A stretch of 31,911 nucleotides of DNA from an uncultured Methanosarcinales archaeon (GTDB lineage: Archaea > Nanobdellota > Nanobdellia > Woesearchaeales > ARS49), in NCBI GenBank assembly GCA_964445485.1, contig CAYUPS010000009.1, positions 11,579 through 43,489 on the forward strand, in the 5' to 3' direction. Position 1 is the first letter of the stretch; each line of letters starts with the position of its first letter. The notes under the pieces were generated by a model. It was given only the letters and a program-made list of their open reading frames with translations. It had not been told where the DNA came from and made no database searches. Positions 7,886-17,159 of this stretch are shown here, piece by piece. The translations under genes were made by a program, and so were the position numbers.

Positions 7886-10726
7886 GTGACGCAACCCAGT
7901 CGCATCAACCAACGGCGGCAACGCCCGCTGCTTTCTGCGAGGTGTCCCATGAGCATGACAGTGACGACCGGACACGATCGTGCGCTGGTGGAAGCGGCGG
8001 TCGCCAAGGCGCAGGCCGGCGAGGCATTGCGCCGTCTGGGCATCCACACCATCGAGGCCTTCGCGCACAGCGACAGGACGCGCGAGGGCGATTTCGGCAG
8101 CACGGCGCTCATCATCACGCCCTCGGAGCTCATCACGATCAGCATCTCCGGTACACGTGTCGAGACGCGGCTGCCGCGCAAGAGTGTCATCGAGGTCAAG
8201 GAAGAGGAATTGCCCGGCGGAGGCAGCCTCGAAGCGAGGATGTGCGGCGGCGAGAAGGAATACATCATCCGCTACAGCAACAGCCGGCGCAAACTGTTTG
8301 GCAGCATCGCAGCGAGGCTCACCGAACAGGCGAAGTGGTCCGCGACGGGCGCCGGCGTCGAGCCGCCAAATCACTTCGATGATATCCTCGAGCAGGAGCG
8401 CAGGCGGCGCTGCCAGACATGCGACAGGCCCATCGAGAAAGGGGTGCAGCACTGCCCCGTCTGCCTTGATCGCGGCCAGACGTTCAAACGCCTGCTCTCG
8501 CTCGCGAAACCCTACCGCATGCGCCTCCTCACAGTCACGGCGCTCATGCTTCTCCAGACCGCCATCCTCCTCCTGCCGCCGTACCTGATCAAGCTGCTCG
8601 TCGACAGCGTGCTCACGCCGCCCGCGCAGCATCCGGAGTGGCGCTGGCCGCTGCTTGGCGGCGTGGCCGCGTGCTTCATCATCGCCATGGGTGTGCGGCT
8701 CGTGCGCGGCCGCCTGGCAGTGAGCATGGCTCACACCATGACCAAGGACCTGCGTGATACTGTGTTCGGCCACATCAGCGTCATGGACATGGCCTTCTTC
8801 GACCAGCAGAAGGTGGGGAAGCTCATCGCCCGCATCCACAGCGATCCGAGCAGGGTCAACAGCTTCCTCTCGAGCGGTCTGCAGATGGCGCTCGCCAACC
8901 TCCTCATGCTCATCGGTGTGGGGACCATGCTGCTGCTCATGCATCCCCTCATCGGGGGCCTGGCAGTCATGGCTTCCATCGCCGCAGTGACGATCACTAT
9001 GCTGGTGTGGAAGCGCATCGCCATCCGGTACCGCAGGGTGTGGGCAGCCGACTCGCACCAGGTGAGCTACCTGAGCGACAGCATGAGCGGCGTGCGCGTC
9101 ACCAAGACGTTCGGCAGGACCGACGAGGAGAACGCGCGGTTCGGCATGCTCAGCGGCGAGCTCGAGCGGCGCTTCATCGAAGCGGACGTGCTGTGGCTCA
9201 CCGTGCTCCCCGGCCTCATCCTGCTCTTCGAGCTCACCACGTTCCTCGTGTGGTCCTTCGGCTCGGGACAGGTCATGGCGGGCACGATGACCATCGGCAC
9301 GCTCATGGCGTTCATCGCGTACATCAGCATGTTCATCGGTCCGCTGAGCGCGCTGACCGAGATCAGCAACATGCTCATCCAGAGCCTCACCGCGGCAGAG
9401 CGCATCTTCGAGGTGCTCGACCGGCAGCCGCAGATCATGGAAGCCAAGAATCCCACGCGCATCCAGCGCATGCAGGGCCGCATCGAGCTGCGCAACGTCA
9501 CGTTCCGCTATCCCGGCGGCAAGCCCGCGCTCAACGACGTCTCTCTCACCATCCTGCCCGGCGAGACTGTCGGCATCGTCGGAAAATCGGGCGCCGGCAA
9601 GAGCACGCTGGTGGACATCATCACGCGCCTGCGCGACCCGGACAAAGGCATGGTGCTCATCGACGGCATCGATATCAGGGAGGTCTCCATTGAGGACATC
9701 CACCGGCAGATCGGGGTGGTGCAGCAGGAGCCGTTCCTCTTCTCAGGCACCATCGCGCAGAATATCGCCTACTCGCGCCCCGGCGCCACGCGCGAGGAGA
9801 TCATGGCAGCCGCAGCGGCCGCCAAAGGCGAGAAGTTCATCATGCAGAAACCGCAGCAATACCACACGCTCGTCGGAGAGCGAGGACAGGGACTCTCAGG
9901 AGGGGAACGGCAGCGCATCGCCATCGCGCGGGCCATCCTCCAGGACCCCGCCATCCTCATCCTCGATGAAGCCACATCGTCGCTCGACATGGAGACCGAG
10001 CGCGAGATACAGGAAGGCTTCGCCTACCTGACCAAGAACCGCACGACCATCGCCATCGCGCACAGGCTCAGCACGCTCGCCGGCGCCGACCGCCTGATAG
10101 TGATGGACGAAGGGAGCATCGTCGAAGAAGGCACGCACGAAGAGCTGCTGCGCAAGAGAGGCGTGTACGCGGCGCTCGTCGCGGCGCAGGAGCGGGCGCC
10201 CAACCGCGACGTGCCGGCCAAAGAGCTCCTCACGCAGCTCATCCTCCTCGATCCCGCGCACGTCCTGCTCGAGAGGGCATCGGCGCACGCACCCGTCCGC
10301 CTCACCTACCGCGCCGAGGTGCACGAGAAGGTCAAGCTCGTCCGCGCGCTCCCCGACACGGCCAAAGACGAGTGCATCAAGGTGCTCGACCCCGACGATA
10401 AGACCATCGGGCTCATCCACCGCGTAGCGAGCCTCATCCCCGGGCAGCAGGAGCTCGTTAGGCAGGAGCTCGAGCGGCGGCACCTCATCCCCACCATCCT
10501 GCGCATCCACTCCCTCAAGGACGAGCGGTATCATTACAGGATGGACGCGGACACGACCCGAGGAAGGGCAGTCTTCCTCATCGCCAACCCGCCCAACGAC
10601 CACATCAAGCGCATCGACATCGCCAAAGAGGCGTACCGCATCAACGACCTCGCAGGAGACCGCTACACACTCGACGTGAGCGCGCTGGACGCGAAAAGCC
10701 AGGCGCTGCTCGATGAGATCAAGTGA
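7886..10726 (+). CDS. fused ABC exporter (type-I exporter TMD + NBD) with an N-terminal PH-like domain of about 180 aa, a zinc ribbon and a C-terminal extension of about 190 aa
   Basis: GTG 7886 (GAGGAA upstream) or ATG 7949 (GAGGTG upstream); the start is ambiguous. Zinc ribbon [20 protein letters not shown]. Six TM helices. Walker [13 protein letters not shown] signature LSGGERQR, Walker [11 protein letters not shown]-loop IAHRL. About 190 aa follow the NBD. Confidence 0.9.
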   Translation: MTQPSRINQRRQRPLLSARCPMSMTVTTGHDRALVEAAVAKAQAGEALRRLGIHTIEAFAHSDRTREGDFGSTALIITPSELITISISGTRVETRLPRKSVIEVKEEELPGGGSLEARMCGGEKEYIIRYSNSRRKLFGSIAARLTEQAKWSATGAGVEPPNHFDDILEQERRRRCQTCDRPIEKGVQHCPVCLDRGQTFKRLLSLAKPYRMRLLTVTALMLLQTAILLLPPYLIKLLVDSVLTPPAQHPEWRWPLLGGVAACFIIAMGVRLVRGRLAVSMAHTMTKDLRDTVFGHISVMDMAFFDQQKVGKLIARIHSDPSRVNSFLSSGLQMALANLLMLIGVGTMLLLMHPLIGGLAVMASIAAVTITMLVWKRIAIRYRRVWAADSHQVSYLSDSMSGVRVTKTFGRTDEENARFGMLSGELERRFIEADVLWLTVLPGLILLFELTTFLVWSFGSGQVMAGTMTIGTLMAFIAYISMFIGPLSALTEISNMLIQSLTAAERIFEVLDRQPQIMEAKNPTRIQRMQGRIELRNVTFRYPGGKPALNDVSLTILPGETVGIVGKSGAGKSTLVDIITRLRDPDKGMVLIDGIDIREVSIEDIHRQIGVVQQEPFLFSGTIAQNIAYSRPGATREEIMAAAAAAKGEKFIMQKPQQYHTLVGERGQGLSGGERQRIAIARAILQDPAILILDEATSSLDMETEREIQEGFAYLTKNRTTIAIAHRLSTLAGADRLIVMDEGSIVEEGTHEELLRKRGVYAALVAAQERAPNRDVPAKELLTQLILLDPAHVLLERASAHAPVRLTYRAEVHEKVKLVRALPDTAKDECIKVLDPDDKTIGLIHRVASLIPGQQELVRQELERRHLIPTILRIHSLKDERYHYRMDADTTRGRAVFLIANPPNDHIKRIDIAKEAYRINDLAGDRYTLDVSALDAKSQALLDEIK

Positions 10727-10743
10727 ATCGGAAGGAGGGAACC

Positions 10744-11076
10744 ATGGCTGATCCGTTTGTCGTCACATCCAAGTGCATCGGCACCCGGGACACTGCCTGC
10801 ATGAAGGTGTGCCCCGTGAACTGCTTCTATGATGTGCCGCTCAAGGACCTCGGCCTGCAGGAGCCGGCCGATGCAACGCCCGAGCTGAAGAAGATGCTCA
10901 TCATCAACCCGGATGAATGCATCGGCTGCAGCGTGTGCGAACCCGAGTGCCCGGTGAACGCCATCTTCGACCTCAATGCGGTTCCGGACGAAGAGACGGC
11001 GTTCATCGACATCAACAAGAACTGGTTCGACGGCAAGAGCGCGGAGGAATTGGACAAGCACCGCATCACGCCGTGA
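10744..11076 (+). CDS. fdxA: 7Fe ferredoxin ([3Fe-4S][4Fe-4S], Azotobacter FdI/FdxA type)
   Basis: GGAAGGAGGG RBS before ATG 10744. Aligns with A. vinelandii FdI: FVVTSKC-x7-C-x3-CPVNCFY ... [22 protein letters not shown]. Confidence 0.85.
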   Translation: MADPFVVTSKCIGTRDTACMKVCPVNCFYDVPLKDLGLQEPADATPELKKMLIINPDECIGCSVCEPECPVNAIFDLNAVPDEETAFIDINKNWFDGKSAEELDKHRITP

Positions 11077-11145
11077 GACATCTGCTGCCCGCGGGAGTGC
11101 CGCGCTCACCACGCGGCGCTTCACAAATCGCGACAAGGAGAGCCT

Positions 11146-11850
11146 ATGACATTTAGCATCTACACCATGCAAGAAATCGACGGCATCGTCGAAGTCGGCC
11201 CGAAGCCTGAGACGAGCAACGCCGCAAGAATCGCGCTCATCGATCTCGCGGAACAGCTAAGGAAGTCTGGCTGGATTGAGCAGCACACCCTCGCGGACGG
11301 GCGGGAATTCAAGTTCCCCTTCGAGAAGCCCAACCCTGCAGCGCTACGGGACTTCTTCGGCGGCGAGAAGGACCTCAATATCGTCCAAGCGGAGATCGAC
11401 GAGCTTGAGCGGCAGTGGCGCGCGGAACTCAAGGCTGCCAAGGATATCCTCCAGGACGAAATCGCGAACGCAAAAACGATTGAGGACTTCGATAAGATTC
11501 TGGAGAAGTACCACTACGACAGCCCCGCCAACAAGCAGACATCGGACCGGCACTCCTACAACTGCGATCGAAACCGCTTGCACCGCGAACTCACCCACGA
11601 ACGAGCGGAGGCGGTCAAGATCCTTGAGAGCAATCATTCCAACTGGTGCCGCAGCCACGTCGCCCACCTCTACAACTGCTGTGGTGATGCGATGTTCTAC
11701 GGCGCCGGCTGCTGGATGATGCGCGCCATCCCCGCCAGCGCCGAAGCGAAGGACCTCATCGAGCGATTCTTCACGAGCGCACGCCTGCCGTACCAGACCA
11801 TCGATCTCGCCGCGCTGCGTAAGGACGTGCAGAAGAAGATGCAGCAGTAA
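11146..11850 (+). CDS. hypothetical cytoplasmic protein with a Cys/His cluster (234 aa)
   Basis: AAGGAGAG RBS. Cys/His-rich segment HSYNCDRNRLH...NWCRSHVAHLYNCCGDAMFYGAGCWM. Confidence 0.65.
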   Translation: MTFSIYTMQEIDGIVEVGPKPETSNAARIALIDLAEQLRKSGWIEQHTLADGREFKFPFEKPNPAALRDFFGGEKDLNIVQAEIDELERQWRAELKAAKDILQDEIANAKTIEDFDKILEKYHYDSPANKQTSDRHSYNCDRNRLHRELTHERAEAVKILESNHSNWCRSHVAHLYNCCGDAMFYGAGCWMMRAIPASAEAKDLIERFFTSARLPYQTIDLAALRKDVQKKMQQ

Positions 11851-11916
11851 CCACACACTCCGGATGCGTGCCGCGCGGCACCAACGGACAACGAATACAC
11901 CAGACAAGGAGTCCCC

Positions 11917-13188
11917 ATGAAATACGCACTCGCCCTGCTGCTCGCACTCAACGTCACCATCCTCGCCGCCGAAGCGCCGCCCGTCACGTACATCTGCATG
12001 TACGACCTGAAGGCGACGCCGGACGGCACGGACCTCGACATGGGCTCGTTCAACGCCAAGGTCAAGGAAGGCGGCATCGTCGTCCTCTACACCGAGAACA
12101 GCGCCCTCATCACGCACCAGAAGGACGGCATCGTCTACCAGATGGCCATCGGTCCGGAAGAGGACTGGTTCGACTCCTTCGTGATCAGCTGCAAGTCCGG
12201 CGATCCCGATAGCCAGACGGAGCTGTGCCTCATCAGCGGAAGCGTGCACGGTTCGAAATTCGACGGACCGGATACCGTGCTCGCGCTGAAGGTCCATAAT
12301 ATCGAGATCGGCAGCTACAAGATGTATACCACCAGGAACTTCGCGGATATTCTCCCGGCAGGATACAACCGCGGGCAATTCATGGCAGCGACTGAGAAAT
12401 TGGTCAATCGCGTGTCGAAGATGCTGCGATCGAACGACGTACTCCTCGTCATCGAGCAGGCGAAGGATGCCATCCTCGCCAAGCGGAAAGCATACGTGAA
12501 GCTCGCCATGGAAGTCCAGGAGAAGCACAACGCGAGCCTCGCAGCGCATGAAGAATCGGCGCTGGGAATCCTCAGGAATGCTGCCGTGGCGGGACAGCTC
12601 GGCAATGACGCAGGACGGGTCAACATCTGCGAGTACGACCTGCTCCCCACCGCCGACGGAGAGCTCGTCGCGAGCGATACATACCTCCTTAATCGGCAAG
12701 AAGTCGCGGCGCCGCTCAAGGAAGGGAAGACAGTCGTGACCTACACGGAGAGCAGCATGATCGTCCGGCGCCAAGTCGGCAAGAGAGAGGTCCAAGCCGG
12801 CAGCTTCTCCAACGGGCGGGGAGTCGTGCGCGTCTATGACATCGGCGACAAGGGAGCCACGCTGCTCTTGTCGCTCGAGGGAGAGCTGCAGGTGGGAACC
12901 ACGCTCGATGGAGAGGAGATCGCCGCCATCGACGTGGATTACTGCTGGGTCGCGCCGTGGTCCGGTCTCGACAACCCTCCCAAAGGGATGGGCGCCGAAC
13001 AGGTGAAGCGCAACGCGGCGGCATTCTGCGACAGGGTATTGCGCTCGATGGACTTCTCGGCGAGAGTCCTCGAGTTCCGACGGACACTGCAGAACGACGG
13101 CAAGGAGAAGCTCAAGGGCGCCCAAGAGCGCATGAAGACCCGGCAAGAGAGCATCGACAAGAAAGCGCTGGAGCTGCTCGGGAAGTAA
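11917..13188 (+). CDS. secreted protein with two copies of the 'C-x-YD ... LYTE' domain plus coiled-coil-like regions
   Basis: AAGGAG RBS. Signal peptide MKYALALLLALNVTILAA. Copy 1: YICMYDLKATPDG...EGGIVVLYTENSALI. Copy 2: VNICEYDLLPTADG...EGKTVVTYTESSMIV. Paralogous to the 4148..4876 product. Confidence 0.7.
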   Translation: MKYALALLLALNVTILAAEAPPVTYICMYDLKATPDGTDLDMGSFNAKVKEGGIVVLYTENSALITHQKDGIVYQMAIGPEEDWFDSFVISCKSGDPDSQTELCLISGSVHGSKFDGPDTVLALKVHNIEIGSYKMYTTRNFADILPAGYNRGQFMAATEKLVNRVSKMLRSNDVLLVIEQAKDAILAKRKAYVKLAMEVQEKHNASLAAHEESALGILRNAAVAGQLGNDAGRVNICEYDLLPTADGELVASDTYLLNRQEVAAPLKEGKTVVTYTESSMIVRRQVGKREVQAGSFSNGRGVVRVYDIGDKGATLLLSLEGELQVGTTLDGEEIAAIDVDYCWVAPWSGLDNPPKGMGAEQVKRNAAAFCDRVLRSMDFSARVLEFRRTLQNDGKEKLKGAQERMKTRQESIDKKALELLGK

Positions 13189-13235
13189 ACAACTTGCGCT
13201 CAGGCAGCACCGCGCACCCTAGAAAGGAATGTTCC

Positions 13236-13784
13236 ATGAACGAACCGCAAAAGGCCCCGCAAGACGAAACCCCTGAGAGCGAACCCCTCCAGCCGCAACA
13301 CGCAGGATTTTGGAATTTCTTCTGGACTTGTCTGTTCTTCATCGGCAGCCTCTTCTTCATGGCGCGGCTCTACATCAACTACGAGTTTCTCACCGGCAAT
13401 ATCGCCATGCCCGAGAATGCACCTTTGGAGCTGGCGCAGATCATCACCCACCCCATCCTCAGCGTTGCAGGAAACGCAGGGTTCGTTCTGCTGCTGTCCC
13501 TCCTCATGTACACCCGAGCCCGACTGCTATGGCGAGGTGACGCAAACCCCGCAACCAGAGGTGATTTGATCCTCATGCAGCTCATGGGCATCGGCGCAAT
13601 CAGCGGCAGCGTCTGCGTATCCCTTCTCATCATCGAATCCCTGCGCATGACCGGCGGTCCGTTTTTGGGGGTGCTGTACCTCATCATCACAACTCTCCTC
13701 CTGTGGCGCGGATGCGTCAGCATGACTGCCACGCTCCCACTGATCAAAAACGCACCTCACGAGGATGCCCCTCCCACGGAATAA
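13236..13784 (+). CDS. integral membrane protein (about 4 TM), hypothetical
   Basis: TAGAAAGGAA RBS before ATG 13236 (start trimmed from track ORF 12957). Four hydrophobic helices. Confidence 0.65.
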   Translation: MNEPQKAPQDETPESEPLQPQHAGFWNFFWTCLFFIGSLFFMARLYINYEFLTGNIAMPENAPLELAQIITHPILSVAGNAGFVLLLSLLMYTRARLLWRGDANPATRGDLILMQLMGIGAISGSVCVSLLIIESLRMTGGPFLGVLYLIITTLLLWRGCVSMTATLPLIKNAPHEDAPPTE

Positions 13785-13859
13785 CACGCAGTCACACAAG
13801 AGCGCCGCCGCGGCCTGCGCATGACAGCGCGGCGGCACTCACTCACCACAGGAGGCCCC

Positions 13860-14588
13860 ATGGGCAAGGAATTGCAGAAGGAAGTCGAGCTGCGCTACAC
13901 CGCGCTGCTCGAGCGTCTCGCCGCCGACGCCCTCAAAGGCATGGGCAAGGAAACGATGCGCTGGGCCAAGGACGGTATCGCCTCCGCCCTCGGCAAAGTC
14001 CTGAGCGCGCTCGGTATCACCGGGCTCTACAAGAACTTCGCACTGCTCAGGAGCATCAACACCATCGTCTTCGGCACTGCCGACAACCCGCAGGAGAACC
14101 CGCTCGGCGCCATCGGCATCCCCTTCACCTCACCAAAGGAGCTCGAGCGCAGGATGCGTGAGCTCGAGAAGGTCGTGCGCGAGCGCCTCAGCAAGTCCGA
14201 CACAGCAGTGCCGCCGAATGTCGAAGAAGGTCTCGTCGCGGCGCGCGGCAGGCTCATCGCCCTCAACCGCCGCCACGGCAACGTCGTCAAGAAGCTCACG
14301 ACCATCGCCGATGCGGCCGACATCGACGCCGTCAACGACGAGAGCATGATGGCTGCCATGCGCAAGGAGTACAAGAGCGCCGAGAACCACTACGCCTCCC
14401 TGCGCAATATCACCGGCGCCTTCCGAGACTACACCCTCGCCGTCATCTACCTGCTCGAGTGCGGCGACAAGAGCACCCGCTTGCTTGGCACCGCGGCCCA
14501 CGGCGCGCTGGACGTCGCATGGAAAGGCATCGATCCAGCGGCCGACGGCGTCGCCAAACGCATCAGCAAACGCGTCTTCGGCGAGTAA
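13860..14588 (+). CDS. hypothetical cytoplasmic protein (242 aa)
   Basis: CAGGAGG RBS before ATG 13860. Helical composition. Confidence 0.65.
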   Translation: MGKELQKEVELRYTALLERLAADALKGMGKETMRWAKDGIASALGKVLSALGITGLYKNFALLRSINTIVFGTADNPQENPLGAIGIPFTSPKELERRMRELEKVVRERLSKSDTAVPPNVEEGLVAARGRLIALNRRHGNVVKKLTTIADAADIDAVNDESMMAAMRKEYKSAENHYASLRNITGAFRDYTLAVIYLLECGDKSTRLLGTAAHGALDVAWKGIDPAADGVAKRISKRVFGE

Positions 14589-14617
14589 TCCGTTCCACCA
14601 TCTGTGAAAGGACACCT

Positions 14618-14974
14618 ATGAGCGCCGTTGAAAATGAAGTCCGACCACAAGGTGAAGTTGAACCTGACAACGCAGTATTCACCGAAGCAAACATCCTCTG
14701 GATGAGCGTCAAAGAATGGGCGGAAGCGACTGGGAAGGACCCGCGACAGTACGCGCTGGAAGGCATTATCAGCGCAAAGCATGAAGACATCAGATCCTGC
14801 ATCAGCAGCCTTGTGAAAAAGATAATAAACACAACCATTGACTGTCCGGAGGTAATCCTGCATCTCACAGTCATCAACTATCCCTCGGGGAGTCAATATG
14901 AACACTCCTGTGTCTCTCTCGCAGGCGTCGCCCTCATCCCCAAGAAGAAGGAGGATGCATTCAAGAACGACTAA
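14618..14974 (+). CDS. hypothetical protein (118 aa)
   Basis: GAAAGGA RBS before ATG 14618. The 3' part is locally AT-richer. Confidence 0.55.
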   Translation: MSAVENEVRPQGEVEPDNAVFTEANILWMSVKEWAEATGKDPRQYALEGIISAKHEDIRSCISSLVKKIINTTIDCPEVILHLTVINYPSGSQYEHSCVSLAGVALIPKKKEDAFKND

Positions 14975-14994
14975 CCCCGCGACAAGGAGGCGCC

Positions 14995-15621
14995 ATGAAA
15001 CGGAGCACCGTCGTGAAACTCGTGATCGCCATCAGCGTGGCGCTCGCCACCGTGGCCATCATCGACCTGCGGAGGAAGACGCCAGCGGAACCCGCGCTGC
15101 CGGCGCCCCCGCCGGAACAGACCGCACCGCAAGAGCCCCCTCGGAAGGAGACGCCGAAGCCAATCGACGACTTCGCGCCCTTCGAGACGCTTTTCAAGAA
15201 AGACTACTGGCCATTCCTGACCAAGAAGATCGTGCAGCTGCCCATGACGTACACCCGCGACAACTTGGGCGAAGAGGCCGAGCACGGCGGCATGGAAATG
15301 GACATCCGCGACGACCACATGCAGCGACAGTGGACAGTGGAATACAAATGCCACCTGTTCATATCAACCGGCCCGCTCGAAGTCCTCGAGACGCTCACCA
15401 TCAAGACTGAAGGAAAGACCCTCTCCATACTCCGAGTCGGCGACATGAACAGCGCGGACCTCATCACCGTCAACACACAACAGCTGGAGCTGATGCAGGA
15501 TCAGAACAAACCCCCCACCATCAAACGGAACGGCGGAACCGTATTCACCGCCGAAGAAGCGTCAAAACGCCTCACACAGTGCCGCGAACTGCTCGAGCGC
15601 GTCGCGACAAGCACGAAGTGA
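14995..15621 (+). CDS. membrane-anchored protein (N-terminal TM, Pro-rich linker, globular C-domain); possible partner of the downstream SPFH protein
   Basis: AAGGAGG RBS. TM VVKLVIAISVALATVAIIDL, then a P-rich linker. Sits immediately 5' of the SPFH gene, the usual position of NfeD-like partners. Confidence 0.65.
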   Translation: MKRSTVVKLVIAISVALATVAIIDLRRKTPAEPALPAPPPEQTAPQEPPRKETPKPIDDFAPFETLFKKDYWPFLTKKIVQLPMTYTRDNLGEEAEHGGMEMDIRDDHMQRQWTVEYKCHLFISTGPLEVLETLTIKTEGKTLSILRVGDMNSADLITVNTQQLELMQDQNKPPTIKRNGGTVFTAEEASKRLTQCRELLERVATSTK

Positions 15622-15702
15622 GCGACAGGCATCCGGGATTCTGCGCGTGCGCGCGGACCCTGACCTGCGCAAGCAGTAGACACATCAGAAGGAGGCTTAT
15701 TC

Positions 15703-16632
15703 ATGGAACTCACCACCATCCTGATGATCGCCGGCAGCGCAGTGGCGTTCATCTTCTTCCTCCGCGGCTTCCGTCAGGTCGATCAGACCGAGCGCGGCCT
15801 CATCGAGCGCTGGGGCAAATTCGTCGGCTTCGCCGAGCCCGGCCTGCACTGGATCCTGCCAGTCATGTACCGCATGCGGCGCGTGGATATCACTGAGAAG
15901 ATGGTCGCCTCCGGCACGCAGGACATCATCACCAAGGACAAGCTGAACGCCAGCGTCGACCTCGTCGTGTACTTCCAGGTGCAGAGCGATGAGGAATCCA
16001 TCAAGAAGAGCCAGTACAGCGTCTCCGACTATGAGACGCAGATCGTCAGCCTGGCCCGCACCACGGCGCGCAACATCATCGGCAAGCTGAGCTTCACCGA
16101 GACGAACTGCGAGCGCGAGAAGCTCAACACGCAGCTCGAGGAACATCTCAAGAAGGAAGTGCAGGCGTGGGGCCTGCGCATCGTGCGCGTCGAACTGCAG
16201 GAGATCGACCCGCCCGACATCGTGCAGAACGCGATGAATGAAGTTGTGACTAATGAGCAGAAGAAGCTCGCGGCGACCGACTTCGCGACCGCCAAGGAGA
16301 CCGAAGCGGACGGCGAGCGCAGAGCCGCTGTCAAGAAGGCGCAGGGCGAGGCCGAAGCGGTGCAGGTGCGCGCCAAGGCTGATGCTGAGGCCGTGACGCT
16401 CAAGGCCGAAGCGCATGCGAAGGCAATCGAGCTGGTCAACACCGCCGCCGAGAAGTACTTCAAGGGGAACGCGCAGACGCTCAAGCGCCTCGAATCCATG
16501 GTGGAAGCCACCAAGGCCAACACGAAGATCATCTTCACGAGTGACAATCGCACGCTCGAGACGCTGCTCGCCGCCGCGGCGGGAATCAAGGAAAGCACGC
16601 CGCAGGAGCCCGCCGCCAAACCGGCGACATAG
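15703..16632 (+). CDS. SPFH/band-7 (stomatin/HflKC-like) membrane protein
   Basis: GAAGGAGG RBS. N-terminal TM. SPFH core RGLIERWGKFVGFAEPGLHWILPVMYRMRRVDI ..., followed by an Ala/Glu/Lys-rich coiled-coil tail. Confidence 0.9.
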   Translation: MELTTILMIAGSAVAFIFFLRGFRQVDQTERGLIERWGKFVGFAEPGLHWILPVMYRMRRVDITEKMVASGTQDIITKDKLNASVDLVVYFQVQSDEESIKKSQYSVSDYETQIVSLARTTARNIIGKLSFTETNCEREKLNTQLEEHLKKEVQAWGLRIVRVELQEIDPPDIVQNAMNEVVTNEQKKLAATDFATAKETEADGERRAAVKKAQGEAEAVQVRAKADAEAVTLKAEAHAKAIELVNTAAEKYFKGNAQTLKRLESMVEATKANTKIIFTSDNRTLETLLAAAAGIKESTPQEPAAKPAT

Positions 16633-16639
16633 CATCCTC

Positions 16640-16669
16640 GCCGCCCCTCGTCCGCGTGAGAGGGGCGGC
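16640..16669 (+). terminator. possible attenuator/terminator hairpin (no U-tract)
   Basis: 10-bp perfect stem GCCGCCCCTC / GAGGGGCGGC with a 10-nt loop, directly after the SPFH stop. No T-run follows. Confidence 0.3.
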
Positions 16670-16706
16670 AAACACCCGCATCTCAACAATAGAAAGGAGA
16701 CAGCAC

Positions 16707-17087
16707 GTGAAACGCGGTTTTACCATCATCGAGCTGCTGATCGTGATCGCCATCATCGCGATTCTCGCAGCGATCGTCCTGCCCATGCTCGACAAGAGAC
16801 GGGAGCGGCAGCGCATGCTCAACAACACCGTCTCCCTGATCGAACTGCGCAACGATCTCGGCGAGTGGAGCATCACGAGCATGGACGTCGAAGGAGGCGA
16901 CAAGCATCTGATCACGCTCTCGCGCACAATCAACGCCACCGTCGAGACGAAGAGCGTGTACGTGAGCAAGGAGGCCTTTGAGCTGCTCTGGCCGCGCTGG
17001 GAGCACCATCGCAAGGTCAGCACACTTCTCCAGGACCTCCCTGCGCAAGTGGAGAGGGGCGCAGCGAACGCGGAAGAGGGGATTTAG
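16707..17087 (+). CDS. prepilin-type N-terminal cleavage/methylation domain protein (type IV pilin-like/pseudopilin)
   Basis: GTG 16707 after TAGAAAGGAGA. Sequence VKRG/FTIIELLIVIAIIAILAAIV is a class III signal peptide with Glu at +5. Confidence 0.8.
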   Translation: MKRGFTIIELLIVIAIIAILAAIVLPMLDKRRERQRMLNNTVSLIELRNDLGEWSITSMDVEGGDKHLITLSRTINATVETKSVYVSKEAFELLWPRWEHHRKVSTLLQDLPAQVERGAANAEEGI

Positions 17088-17159
17088 GCGGCGTAAGGAC
17101 GCGGCAGCCCATCCTGTAGAATGGGCGGCGAGAAACACTCATTCATCGCGAGGTGCATT

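Noticed and set aside
7838-9703. 621-aa minus-strand ORF antisense to the ABC exporter
   Set aside because: Asp/Glu/Arg/His-rich junk composition. The + strand frame carries unambiguous ABC motifs.
11344-13146. 600-aa minus-strand ORF overlapping the 11146 and 11917 genes
   Set aside because: Antisense artefact. The + strand genes have SD sites, a signal peptide and a paralogous domain.
16681-16700. Recurrent TAGAAAGGAG upstream of several genes, considered as a special regulatory motif
   Set aside because: It is the organism's consensus Shine-Dalgarno sequence (AAAGGAG) preceded by stop codons. Only the exact 16-mer shared by two genes was kept as a finding.
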